A stretch of 64,000 nt of DNA. It comes from an uncultured Chloroflexia bacterium. GTDB taxonomy: Bacteria > Chloroflexota > Limnocylindria > Limnocylindrales > CSP1-4. The DNA is taken from NCBI GenBank assembly GCA_963766735.1, contig CAVYBU010000008.1:128001-192000 (forward strand), written 5' to 3'. Positions 10,687-20,136 of the stretch are shown piece after piece (position 1 is the first letter of the stretch; every line of letters starts with the position of its first letter). The notes below the pieces were generated by a model. The model made no database searches, was not told the origin of the DNA, and worked only from the letters and a program-made list of their open reading frames with translations. The translations under genes were made by a program, and so were the position numbers.

Positions 10687-10977
10687 ATGTGTCGCAGCAT
10701 CCGCCAGCTCCGCCGGGTCGAGGATGCCGGACCCGCCACCACGGGCGAGGCCCAGGCAGCCGCCCTCCAGTACGTCCGCAAGGTCAGCGGCTATCGCGCG
10801 CCCGCGGCCCGCAACGAAGCCGCCTTCCGGGAGGCCGTGGATGAGATCGCGGCCGCCACGGAGCGCCTCCTCCAGGCGATCGGCACGCCCGTGGCCGAGG
10901 GACCCGATCCGTTCGCCGACCCGGTGACCCGCGCCGCAATCCTCGCGGCGCGCCCGGCCCCGCGGGCGCGGGCGTGA
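10687..10977 (+). CDS. DUF2277 family protein
   Basis: MCRSI...AAALQYVRKVSG...N.AAF..AV.EI signature; leaderless TACGCT-N6-ATG. Confidence 0.8.
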   Translation: MCRSIRQLRRVEDAGPATTGEAQAAALQYVRKVSGYRAPAARNEAAFREAVDEIAAATERLLQAIGTPVAEGPDPFADPVTRAAILAARPAPRARA

Positions 10978-12272
10978 GCAACGCCCCGGGCGTGGACATG
11001 AGCCACGGCGCGGCACCGGCGCCCGCGCGTCCGGCACCGGCACCGGCGTGGTGGCGGCGCCCCGGGCTGGATGTCTCGGACGACCGGCTCGTGCTCAACG
11101 GCGCGGACCTCGAGGCCCTGGCGCGCACGCACGGCACGCCCCTGTTCGTCTACGACCTGGCCCGGCCGGTCGAGAACGTGCGGACGCTCCAGGCGGCGCT
11201 GACCCGCGCCGGCGTCCCGTTCGTCACGCGCTTCGCGCTCAAGTCCTGCCCGGACCCCAGGATCCTCGCCGTGCTTCGGCGCATGGGCGAGCCCGGCTCT
11301 CCGTCCGCCGTGGGGATCGACGCCTGCTCGCCCGGCGAGGTCCTCCACGCCCTCGCCAACGGTTGGGAGCCGGACGAGATCAGCCACACGGGCACGAACG
11401 TCTCCGAACGCGACCTGGACGTGCTCCTGGCGCACCCGATCCGGCTCAACCTCGACGGGGTCAGCCAGCTCGAGCGCGTCGGTCGCCGGTCGCCCGGCCG
11501 GACCGTTGGGATGCGGATCAACCCGGGGGCGGGTGCGGGCTACACCGAACACCTCGCCTATGCCGGGGAGCGGCCGACCAAGTTCGGCGTGACCGAAGAC
11601 CGGCTGGACGATGCGATCGCCGCCGCGCGCCGGTACGGACTGGTCGTGGACACGCTGCATTTCCACGCCGGGTCCGGCTGGCTGGGCCAGCAGCTGGATG
11701 GTTTCGAGGCCGCCCTCACCCGTGCCACGTGGTTCCTGGACCGGCTCCTGGACGCCGGTCTTCCGATCCGGGAGGTCAACGTCGGCGGTGGCCTGGGCAG
11801 GATCGCCCGCGACGGCGAGTTCCCAGTTGACCTGGACGCCTACGCGAGAACGATCCGCCGCCACCTGGAGCCGTACGGGGTGACCGCGGCGTTCGAGCCG
11901 GGCGACTTCGTGGTGAAGGACGCGGCCGTGCTCCTGGGCGAGGTCGTGACCGTGGAGCGCCGGGGTGAGACGACGTTCGTCGGGCTGGACATCGGGTGGA
12001 ACGTCAACTGCGCGTACTTCATCTACCGCTACGCCCAGGAGATCCTCCCGGTCCGGGACCCGCTCCGCGAGCGCACCCAGGTGGTCACGATTGCAGGGCA
12101 CATCAACGAGGCGGGCGACGTGTTCGCGGAGGACTACGCGTTCCCGGACGTCGCCGAGGGCGAGGTGGTGGCGATCCTCAACGCGGGCGGCTACCTGCAG
12201 GCGATGTCGATGACGCATTGTCTGCGGCCGGTCGGGCAGGCGATCTACCTGGAGCGAGAGCCCGCGGTGTGA
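10974..12272 (+). CDS. lysA: PLP-dependent fold-type III decarboxylase (diaminopimelate decarboxylase-like)
   Basis: GTPLFVYD, FALK (PLP Lys), RINP, TKFG, HFHAGSG, NVGGG, FEPG and NAGGY. Has GHINEAGD where the canonical motif is GxxCExxD. Confidence 0.7.
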   Translation: MSNAPGVDMSHGAAPAPARPAPAPAWWRRPGLDVSDDRLVLNGADLEALARTHGTPLFVYDLARPVENVRTLQAALTRAGVPFVTRFALKSCPDPRILAVLRRMGEPGSPSAVGIDACSPGEVLHALANGWEPDEISHTGTNVSERDLDVLLAHPIRLNLDGVSQLERVGRRSPGRTVGMRINPGAGAGYTEHLAYAGERPTKFGVTEDRLDDAIAAARRYGLVVDTLHFHAGSGWLGQQLDGFEAALTRATWFLDRLLDAGLPIREVNVGGGLGRIARDGEFPVDLDAYARTIRRHLEPYGVTAAFEPGDFVVKDAAVLLGEVVTVERRGETTFVGLDIGWNVNCAYFIYRYAQEILPVRDPLRERTQVVTIAGHINEAGDVFAEDYAFPDVAEGEVVAILNAGGYLQAMSMTHCLRPVGQAIYLEREPAV

Positions 12273-12502
12273 CGGACTGGGCGAGATAGTGTGCGTCGGG
12301 TGCCCGCTCGCCAGCGCGTAGGCACCGTGCCCGCTCGCCAACCGCTGCCATGCGATTGTTCTCTGTGAGCGAACGGCTCATCCTCGGGGGCGGGGTCTTC
12401 CACGACCCGGGGCACGGATCGGCGCCGTCGGCCGGCGGCAACCGCCGATGCGCCCCCAGGCTCTCCGGGGACACGTCACGGTACCCGCGATAGCATCCGC
12501 CC

Positions 12503-13364
12503 ATGACCACCCAGCCCGCGGACCCCTCCCTCGAGCGCCGCGCCACCCGCGCCGTCATCACGGCGTACCGCGCCGGCCGCGTCGAGACGCGCGAGGATCG
12601 CCTGTCGGGTGAGGAGCCCATGGCCATTCGCGTCTGCGGGCCTGGCCAGGCTCCCGTGGACGTCGCGGTGACCATGCGCACGCCCGGCAACGAGTCGGAG
12701 CTGGCGGCCGGGTTCCTCCGCACGGAGGGTCTGCTGGAGGATCCGGCGGACATCGTCGCAATCGAGGTTGCGGATCCGGCCACGCACGCCCACCCGGACG
12801 ACGACGTCATCGTCCGCTTGGCCCACCCGTTCGATGCCACGCGGATCGCCGCCCGCAACTTCGTGGCCACCGCGTCGTGCGGGATCTGTGGCAAGGCCTC
12901 CCTCGACGATGTCCAGGTCCGCTGCCGTCCGATCCCGGATGGCCCGGTGGTGACGCCTGAGACGCTCCTCGCGCTCCCGGGACGGTTGCGGGCGGCCCAG
13001 GACGTGTTCACCGCGACGGGCGGCATCCACGCCGCGGGCCTCTTCGACGCCGCGGGCGAGCTGCTCGATGTCAAGGAGGATGTTGGCCGCCACAATGCGC
13101 TGGACAAGCTCATCGGTGGCCGCTTCCTTGCCGGCGAGCTCCCGCTGAACGATCGCATCGTCCTCGTCTCGGGCCGCGCCAGCTTCGAGCTGGTCCAGAA
13201 GGCCGCGGTCGCCGGCATCCCGATCCTCGCCGCGGTGTCCGCCCCGAGCGATCTCGCGGTCGAGGCGGCGGAGCGGCTGGGTGTCACCCTGATCGGGTTC
13301 CTGCGCGCGGACGGCTTCAACGTCTACGCCCGACCCGGACCGGGTCGCGGTCGGGCCGGCGTAG
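12503..13364 (+). CDS. fdhD: Formate dehydrogenase accessory sulfurtransferase FdhD; apparent +1 frameshift at about 13332
   Basis: EEP, TMRTPG, SCGICGK, TGGIHAA, EDVGRHNALDK, SGRASFE and VSAPS. Deleting one base gives ...FNVYAHPDRVAVGPA* ending at 13364. Confidence 0.9.
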
Positions 13365-13391
13365 GGTTCGTCAGCGCCTGCGTGGGGATCG

Positions 13392-14981
13392 TCAGGGGCC
13401 GGGCGACGGCGGTGGCAGCGAAGGCGACGGCGGGGCCATCAGCGAACGCTCGAGCTCACGGTCCAGCCGGCGCTTGGTCAGCCACAGGTACGCAACCCCG
13501 AGCAGGATCAGCGCCAGGACGATCACCATCGCCGCGCGCCGGAAGTTCGTCTCATCGATCTTCGCGGTCGCGAGCGCCTTCGCGTCCCCGGCCTTGGTCA
13601 CGGCATCGGCGGACAGCTCGGCAATCGACGTGAGCTTGGTCGTGTGGACGGCCGCCTGGGCCTGGATCAGGCTCGTCTTGGCCCCGGCCAGCGCCACCTC
13701 GGCATCGGAGGTGATCATGCCCAGCCCCGCGGCATGCTGGATCTCGTCCTCCGCGTCCAGGTAGGCCTCCTCGGCGCTCGTGACCGCGTCCGAGATCCCC
13801 TCGATCTGCGAGTAGATCTGCGAATCCGGGTGGTGGCAGGTGTCGCACCGCCGGTTCTCCGGTTCCTGGAACTGGTCGAGCTCCAGGCGCAGCGTGTGGT
13901 TCTGCAGGTCATGGCACGTGACGCAGGCGTAGTCGGGCGGCGTGGGATGGAAGAAGAGCTCCGAACTCGGCTTGGTGACATCGTGGGTGCCGTGGCAGGT
14001 CCAGCACTTCGGGGCCACGGCCTGCAGCTCCGAGTGGCGGCTCTCCATGTACAGGTCCTGGGTCGCCGTGTGGCACTTGCCGCACACGTCGACCACGGTC
14101 GTCGACGTTGGCGGCTGGGCGTCGTGGGAGCCGTGGCAGCCCACGCAGGACGGTGCGCGAAGGTCCTTGTTGTCCAGGAGCGCGTGACCGTGAACGCTCT
14201 TGGAATAGACGTCGTACTGGTCGGTGGGGATCCCGTACGGCTCCATGCGCTTGGCGTCGGCGTGGCAGCTGGCGCACAGCTCCGGCACGTTGAGCGCAAA
14301 GGTCTTGGCCGTCGGGTCAGAGACCTTCTTGACGTCGTGCACCCCGTGGCAGTCGCTGCAGACGGCGACGCGAACGTCGTTGTTGACGATCAGCTGCTGG
14401 CCGTGGACGCTGGACCAGTACTTCGCGTACTGGTCGGTCGGCAGGCCGGACGCCTTCATCGTGTCGACGCTGGCGTGGCAGCTGCCGCACAGCCCCACCG
14501 TCCCCTGGCGGTCGGGCGCCCCCACGAAGCCGATCGCCGGGTCCATCGCCTTGGTGATCTGGTCCGATCCGGGATCGCCGCCGTGGCAGTCGGCGCAGGT
14601 CACGCCGCCCTGGCCATGGACGCTGTCCTGCCATTGGGCCGCGATATCCGCCTGCTTCGCGTTGACCGCGTTGTGGCAGTCGTAGCAGCCGTTCTCGCCC
14701 CCACCATCCGGGTGGGCGACCTGCGGCGGAACCGGCGGCGCGGTGGCAGGGGGGATCGTCGCCGTTGGAGCCGGCGTCGCGTACATCCACTCGGTGTCCG
14801 ACGGGCCGGGCGTCTGGGCGGCGGGCGCCGAAGCTGATGGGGACGGGGACCCCGCGGCGGCCGCCGACGGGCTCGGGCTCTCAGCGGAGGCCGAGAACGC
14901 GACCGCGAACCACGCGAGGCCGGCGAGGGCGAGCGTGCCGCCGAGCCGGACGAGCCGGCGCACCCTGGGCTGGTGGAGCAT
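13392..14981 (-). CDS. Membrane-anchored decaheme cytochrome c (partner of the Rieske/cytochrome b complex)
   Basis: Signal peptide, Ser/Pro-rich linker, 10 CxxCH motifs (CYDCH, CADCH, CGSCH, CSDCH, CASCH, CVGCH, CGKCH, CWTCH, CVTCH, CDTCH), a helical stalk and a C-terminal TM. Confidence 0.9.
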   Translation of the reverse strand: MLHQPRVRRLVRLGGTLALAGLAWFAVAFSASAESPSPSAAAAGSPSPSASAPAAQTPGPSDTEWMYATPAPTATIPPATAPPVPPQVAHPDGGGENGCYDCHNAVNAKQADIAAQWQDSVHGQGGVTCADCHGGDPGSDQITKAMDPAIGFVGAPDRQGTVGLCGSCHASVDTMKASGLPTDQYAKYWSSVHGQQLIVNNDVRVAVCSDCHGVHDVKKVSDPTAKTFALNVPELCASCHADAKRMEPYGIPTDQYDVYSKSVHGHALLDNKDLRAPSCVGCHGSHDAQPPTSTTVVDVCGKCHTATQDLYMESRHSELQAVAPKCWTCHGTHDVTKPSSELFFHPTPPDYACVTCHDLQNHTLRLELDQFQEPENRRCDTCHHPDSQIYSQIEGISDAVTSAEEAYLDAEDEIQHAAGLGMITSDAEVALAGAKTSLIQAQAAVHTTKLTSIAELSADAVTKAGDAKALATAKIDETNFRRAAMVIVLALILLGVAYLWLTKRRLDRELERSLMAPPSPSLPPPSPGP

Positions 14982-14998
14982 CGCTGTCCTCGGTCATC

Positions 14999-16079
14999 TC
15001 AGCTGACGTAGCCCCAGATCGTGAACACGATGAGGCCGACGATCACGAGGGTGGCTCCCGCGACGGCGATCTTGCGCCGGCGCATCACGACCTCCGGGTT
15101 CCGGTCCAGGAACGGCCAGATCACGAGCACCGCGACCCCGACGATGGGCACCATGATGCCGATCACCTTGATCGGGATGACCTTGAGCAGCTGGTAGACG
15201 CCGAGGTAGTACCACTCCGGCTTCGTGTGCTCCGGCGTCTGCAGCGGGTTCGCCTGCTCCTCCAGACCGGCCGGGAAGACCGAGGCGAGGACGACCAGGA
15301 TCGCCAGCAGGACGTACCAGGCCATCAGCTCGTCGATGATGTAGTGCGGGAAGAAGGGCCGCTGGGGCTCCTTCTCGATCTCGGGCGTCATGACGCGAGG
15401 CTCGGGGCGCTTGGGGTTCGCGAGGCCGAGCTGGTGCACGAGGATGAGGTGCACGGCGAGCAGCGCCACCAGGGCCAGCGGGCAGCACCAGGACGTGGAT
15501 CCCGAAGAAGCGGGTCATCGTGTCACCCGTGACATCCGCTCCGCCCCGGAGCAGCAGCAGCAGGGAGTCACCGATGAGCGGCACGCTGCCGGCGATCTCC
15601 GTGCCCACCACCGTCGCCCAGTAGGCGAGCTGGTCCCAGGGCAGCAGGTACCCGGTGAAGCCAAAGGCGAGCGTCACCATCAGGAGCAGCGAGCCGAAGA
15701 CCCAGGTGAGCTCGCGCGGGTACTTGTACGCGGCCTGCATGTAGACCCGCACCAGGTGCAGGACCACGAACAGGATCATCAGGTTGGCGGCCCAGTGGTG
15801 GACGGACCGGATCAGCCAGCCGAAGCTGACGTCGCTGGTGATGAACTTGACGCTCTCGTAGGCGGCTTCGGGCGTCGGCTTGTAGTACAGCGCCAGCAGG
15901 GTGCCGGTGGCCGCCTGGATGCCGAACAGGAACAGGGCGATGCCGCCGAAGTAGTACGTCTTCGCTGACATCGGGATGCGGACGTGCAGGCTGGCCCTGA
16001 TGACGGGACCGATCTTCGTCCGCTGGTCGAGCCAGCTGGTGGCCTTGCCGCCGGTGGGGGCCTTTGGGGTGGCCGCCAT
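14999..16079 (-). CDS. qcrB: Cytochrome b of a Rieske/cyt b (bc-type) complex, N- and C-domains in one gene; apparent +1 frameshift at about 15481
   Basis: GWLIRSVHHWAAN, LHLVRV, FTGYLLPWDQ and RFFGIHV; then PFFPH and KPEWY (Qo motif) in the next frame. Removing one C joins them (LPLALVALLAVH; 359 aa). Confidence 0.88.
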
Positions 16080-16080
16080 C

Positions 16081-16596
16081 TCAGGCCTCCGTCAGGTAGA
16101 TCTGGTCGCCCTCGACCGACACGGTGATCGGCGCCAGCGGTGCCGGCGGCGGGCCCGAGACGACCACGCCGGTCGCCGGGTTGAAGCGCCCGTCGTGGCA
16201 GGGACACTGGATGGCGCCGATCATGTCGTTCCAGGCGACGACACAGCCAAGGTGCGTGCAGATCGCGGAGAAGGCCTTCACGCCCTGGTCCGTGTTGACC
16301 ACGATCGCGGGCTTGCTCCCCATCGCGACGACCTTGCCGGCCCCGGCGGGGATATCCGCGGTCGTCCCGACCAGGACCTTGCCGCCGCCCGCGGAGGCGC
16401 CGTTCTTCGAGGGGATGAGAAACCCGATGACCGGGGTCAGGACCATGGCGGCCGTGGTCACGATGGTCAGGCCGCCCAGCCAGCGCAGGAAGCCTCGCCG
16501 CGTGGTCTGGCCGTCCGCCTCAGCCGGTGGACCACCACCCTCCGTGGCCGGACCACCACCCTCCGTGACCGATCCTGCGCGGGCCTCTGGTTCCAA
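16081..16596 (-). CDS. qcrA: Rieske iron-sulfur subunit (Tat-exported)
   Basis: TRRGFL Tat motif plus TM; CTHLGC and CPCHDG boxes; GPPPAPL. Start assigned to TTG 16596 after GGAGGG. Confidence 0.88.
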   Translation of the reverse strand: MEPEARAGSVTEGGGPATEGGGPPAEADGQTTRRGFLRWLGGLTIVTTAAMVLTPVIGFLIPSKNGASAGGGKVLVGTTADIPAGAGKVVAMGSKPAIVVNTDQGVKAFSAICTHLGCVVAWNDMIGAIQCPCHDGRFNPATGVVVSGPPPAPLAPITVSVEGDQIYLTEA

Positions 16597-16820
16597 TGCG
16601 CCCTCCGGGCGACGGGAGCACCAACCGCATGGTTGCAGCCCAATGGACGGATTGTGGGCGGTTGCACGGGCACAACAACCTATGGGTCGATATAGAAAAG
16701 GCACATTCCGGGTGACACATGGCCCGCCGCCGGAATGACCAGCGGCCCTGAGGCGCGCAGGCATCCCGCAGTCGCCGGTGCTCAGGCGCGCGCAGACGCC
16801 CGGCGCTCAGGCCCGGCGGG

Positions 16821-18575
16821 TCAGGATCTCGGGGTCAGTGGCCACGCGACACCAGTGGGAAGGTCCGGCAGCGTCGTGCCCTCCGTGCCTTCCTCGGCGC
16901 CTCCCTCCGTGCCGTGGAACGACGGCGACGTAACGGGCAGCACCGGATCCGCGTGGCAGCGGGCGCAGTACACGGGCTGGTGGCAGTAGGCGCACGCCGT
17001 GTTGCCCTGGTCGCGGATGACCTTGGCGTGGTTGGTCGACATCGTGTCGTGGTCCACGGTGACGGCGCCCGTGGCGTGGCAGTTGACGCAGTAGTCGCGG
17101 GCGTGGCACTCGCCGCACGAGTTTCCACCCGGGTCGATGTCGGTCGACACGTCCTTGTGGCTGAAGACCCACAGGTCATCGGCGTGCGTCGTCGGCGGCT
17201 CGCCGAGCGGCAGGCTGGCGACGGCCGGTCCGATCTGCGGGAACGTGTGGCAGGTGCTGCAGGCGGACGGGATGGTCTGCCTGGTGGCCACGCCATCCTT
17301 GACCAGGAAGTGGCCGCCGTCGTGGCAGCGGAAGCAGCCGGGGAAGTCCATGTGCCCCAGTTGGTTCGGGTACGTGCCGGGGGTGACGCTCATCTCCGGC
17401 GTCGACGACACGCGGTGGAGGGCCTTGATCTGCTCGATCGCATTGTCGATCTGGGCCGCCTTGGAGGCCGCGACGTCCGGGTAGTTGGCCGCGTAGAAGT
17501 TCTGCAGCTTGTCGATCTCGGCATCCGCCGTCGCGTCGTCCGGGTAGCCCGCCCACAGGAGCCGCATCCCTTCCCGTTTGATGTACGGGAGCGTGGAGTC
17601 GATATCGCCCTTGAACAGCTCGTAGTCCATGTCCGTGCGCGGGTTGGGGATGGCGTGCCCCGCCCGGTTGTGGCAGTCGTAGCACGTCATCAGGCTCATC
17701 GTCTCGGTTTCCAGGATCGCGTCGATGTCGGGCTGGACGTCCTCGGCAACGCTGATCTTGTCCTGGGCGATGAACTCCTGGGTCGATCCATCGCGACCCT
17801 CGGATACGACGTAGTCGATGGTGGCCTTGTGCTCGTCCGGCGAGGCGAACGTGAGCTCGCGGATGACATGCCAGTGCACGCCGCGCTCGGCATCGAGGGC
17901 ATCGCCGCCACCTGGGCGGATCATCAGCCCGACGAAGTTACGGGTGTTCGGCTCGTCCTCGAGGAACTGGGTGCTGGCCTTGAGGACCGCGAGGGCCTCC
18001 CGCTCAACGTCATGGCACTTGTCGCAGGTGTCGGACGCCTTGGGCAGGAGCGAGTGCTCGGGGGGCAGGATCGGCGTGGGGTAGGTGCCCAGGACGACGC
18101 TCACCAGCTGGCGGGTGCCGCTCATCTTGGCCTTGATCCAGCCGGCGATGCCCGGTTCCACGTGGCACTCGCCGCACGTGACCTCGGCGTGGGCGCCGGT
18201 CTTGTAGGCCTCGAGCTCGGGGTCCATGGTGTGGCAGCGTCCGCAGAAGTCGGCCGTCTCCGTCCAGTGGACCAGCGAGACGCCGGTGAACACGCCGACG
18301 AAGCCGAGCGCCCCCAGGATCAGCAGCAGGGCCAGCAACCCGCCCTTGGAGCTTGGGAGGTGGATCCGGCGGCCACGCAGGTAGAACGGGTTGCGGCGGC
18401 CACGCAGGTAGAACGGGTTGCGACGACGAGCCTTGGCGGGTTCAGAAACCCCCTCGGTCGCCACGGGCGCCTCCGCCCCCTTGGAAGGCCCGGCAACCGG
18501 CTCGTCACCGGCCCCCGGCGGCGTCACCCCCGCTTCGGCGGGCGGCAGGGCGTCGGGCGTCTCGGGGTCGCTCAT
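16821..18575 (-). CDS. NapC/NirT-domain multiheme cytochrome c, ImcH-like, 10 heme motifs
   Basis: N-terminal TM; WTETADFCGRCH, CGECH...AKMSG, CDKCH (NapC-like); GVHWHV, CYDCHNR, LPYIKR, GH...PGCFRCHDG, CSTCH; four more C-terminal CxxCH. Confidence 0.85.
   Translation of the reverse strand: MSDPETPDALPPAEAGVTPPGAGDEPVAGPSKGAEAPVATEGVSEPAKARRRNPFYLRGRRNPFYLRGRRIHLPSSKGGLLALLLILGALGFVGVFTGVSLVHWTETADFCGRCHTMDPELEAYKTGAHAEVTCGECHVEPGIAGWIKAKMSGTRQLVSVVLGTYPTPILPPEHSLLPKASDTCDKCHDVEREALAVLKASTQFLEDEPNTRNFVGLMIRPGGGDALDAERGVHWHVIRELTFASPDEHKATIDYVVSEGRDGSTQEFIAQDKISVAEDVQPDIDAILETETMSLMTCYDCHNRAGHAIPNPRTDMDYELFKGDIDSTLPYIKREGMRLLWAGYPDDATADAEIDKLQNFYAANYPDVAASKAAQIDNAIEQIKALHRVSSTPEMSVTPGTYPNQLGHMDFPGCFRCHDGGHFLVKDGVATRQTIPSACSTCHTFPQIGPAVASLPLGEPPTTHADDLWVFSHKDVSTDIDPGGNSCGECHARDYCVNCHATGAVTVDHDTMSTNHAKVIRDQGNTACAYCHQPVYCARCHADPVLPVTSPSFHGTEGGAEEGTEGTTLPDLPTGVAWPLTPRS
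18367..18420. repeat. Perfect 27-bp tandem duplication (RRNPFYLRG x2)
   Basis: cggcggccacgcaggtagaacgggttg repeated twice. Confidence 0.9.
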
Positions 18576-18582
18576 CGCGTCC

Positions 18583-19182
18583 TCAGTTCATCAGGGCCGC
18601 AACGGCGCGGTCCATCTCGTCCCTGGGGAGCGCACCGATCCGGACCTCCCGGACCTTCCCGTCAGGGCCGATGAAGAAGTGGGTCGGGATGCCCATCGAC
18701 CGGTAGGCCGCCGCAATGTCGGCATTCGGGTCCACCACGATGGGGAAGGTCAGCGCGGCCCTGCCGGCGTACCCGCTGACATCCTCGGCGGTCTCGTTGA
18801 TGAACACGCCCAGGACCACCAGGCCCTGGTCCTTGTTCGCGCGGTACGTGGCCTCCAGGTCCGCCGACTCGGTCCGGCAGTCGGGGCACCACGAGGCGCC
18901 GAACGTCAGCCAGACCGGCTTGCCGGCGTAGTCCGAGAGCGACACGGTCGTGCCGTCGTAGGTGACGCCGGTGAAGTCCGGCGGGACCGCGCCCACCACG
19001 GGGGCAGCGGCAGCCGCCCCCTCGCCCAGGTCGATCTGGGTCACGCCGTCCGATGGCCCCTGGCCGCTGGCCGCGTAGACGAGGACCCCGATCACGACGA
19101 CCGCGATCACGCCGATGCCGATCGTCTGCAGCCGGCCGGCCGTACGCCCGGAGGACCGGGCCGTGGTTCCCGCTGCGCTCAT
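18583..19182 (-). CDS. resA: ResA/TlpA-family membrane-anchored thiol-disulfide oxidoreductase
   Basis: N-terminal TM, ASWCPDC and GIPTHFFIGPDG; lies in the cytochrome c maturation operon. Confidence 0.85.
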   Translation of the reverse strand: MSAAGTTARSSGRTAGRLQTIGIGVIAVVVIGVLVYAASGQGPSDGVTQIDLGEGAAAAAPVVGAVPPDFTGVTYDGTTVSLSDYAGKPVWLTFGASWCPDCRTESADLEATYRANKDQGLVVLGVFINETAEDVSGYAGRAALTFPIVVDPNADIAAAYRSMGIPTHFFIGPDGKVREVRIGALPRDEMDRAVAALMN

Positions 19183-19211
19183 GGTGCCCTGACTCCCTTC
19201 GTGCCGTCGGC

Positions 19212-20123
19212 TCAGCCGAGGCCGGAGTAGCTGTGGAGCCCGCCGAAGAACAGGTTACCGAAGTAGGTGAACAGCGTGGCCGCGAAGCCGATCACGAGCA
19301 GCACTGCCGCCCGCTTGCCGCGCCAGCCGCGCATGACGCGGGCGTGGAGGTAGGCGCCGTAGATGAACCAGGTCACGAGCGACGCGGTCTCCTTGGGGTC
19401 CCAACTCCAGTAGCTGCCCCACGCCGTGTCTGCCCAGACTGCGCCGAGGACGATCGTCAGGGTGAGGAACGGGAAGCCGACGATGACCGCGCGGTACCCG
19501 ATGTCGTCCAGCACGTCCAGCCGCGGGAGGCCCCAGCCGCCGGGCTCGTCGCGGTTCGTGACCCAGGCGATGAACACCTGCAGCAGGTACAGGACCGACG
19601 CGGCGAAGGCGATGGTGAAGCTGCCGTAGGCGACGATTGCCACCGCGACGTGGACGGTCAGCAGGAGGTTGTTCTGCAGGGCCGGGACGAGCGGCGCGAT
19701 GTCGGCCGGAATGGTCCACGCGTAGAGCAGCATCGCGAGCGCGACCGGCATCGCGATCAGCGCGAGGATGCGCTGGTGATACCGGCGCTCGAACAGCATG
19801 TAGGCGAGCAGGATCCCGAACGCGAACGCCATCGAGAACTCGTACATGTTCGTGAACGGGCCGTAGCCGGTCGCGATGGTTCGGAACACGAGGCTGGCGA
19901 GGAGCGTGAACACTGCCAGCCAGCCCAGCATCGTGGCGTAGCGCCCGATGGCCGCCGTGCGGGGCCCGGAAGTGATGCCCACGGATCCGCTGGTCACGGG
20001 TGCACCGGCCGTCTGCATGCGGGCGGCCCGGAGTCCGGACACCGCGTACATCAGGTAGAAGATCGTGGCGAGCCCGGTGCTCAGCATCGCCGCGATGAAC
20101 ATGTACCCCGAGAGCTTTTCCAT
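19212..20123 (-). CDS. ccsA: System II cytochrome c synthase subunit ResC/CcsA
   Basis: WGSYWSWDPKET (WWD domain), PALQ, NMYE and C-terminal GLHSY. Confidence 0.92.
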   Translation of the reverse strand: MEKLSGYMFIAAMLSTGLATIFYLMYAVSGLRAARMQTAGAPVTSGSVGITSGPRTAAIGRYATMLGWLAVFTLLASLVFRTIATGYGPFTNMYEFSMAFAFGILLAYMLFERRYHQRILALIAMPVALAMLLYAWTIPADIAPLVPALQNNLLLTVHVAVAIVAYGSFTIAFAASVLYLLQVFIAWVTNRDEPGGWGLPRLDVLDDIGYRAVIVGFPFLTLTIVLGAVWADTAWGSYWSWDPKETASLVTWFIYGAYLHARVMRGWRGKRAAVLLVIGFAATLFTYFGNLFFGGLHSYSGLG

Positions 20124-20136
20124 GGCGGGGACTCCC

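Noticed and set aside
14999-15469. Separate subunit IV (petD-like) gene
   Set aside because: No RBS or credible start; a single-base deletion fuses it seamlessly to the N-terminal cyt b ORF.
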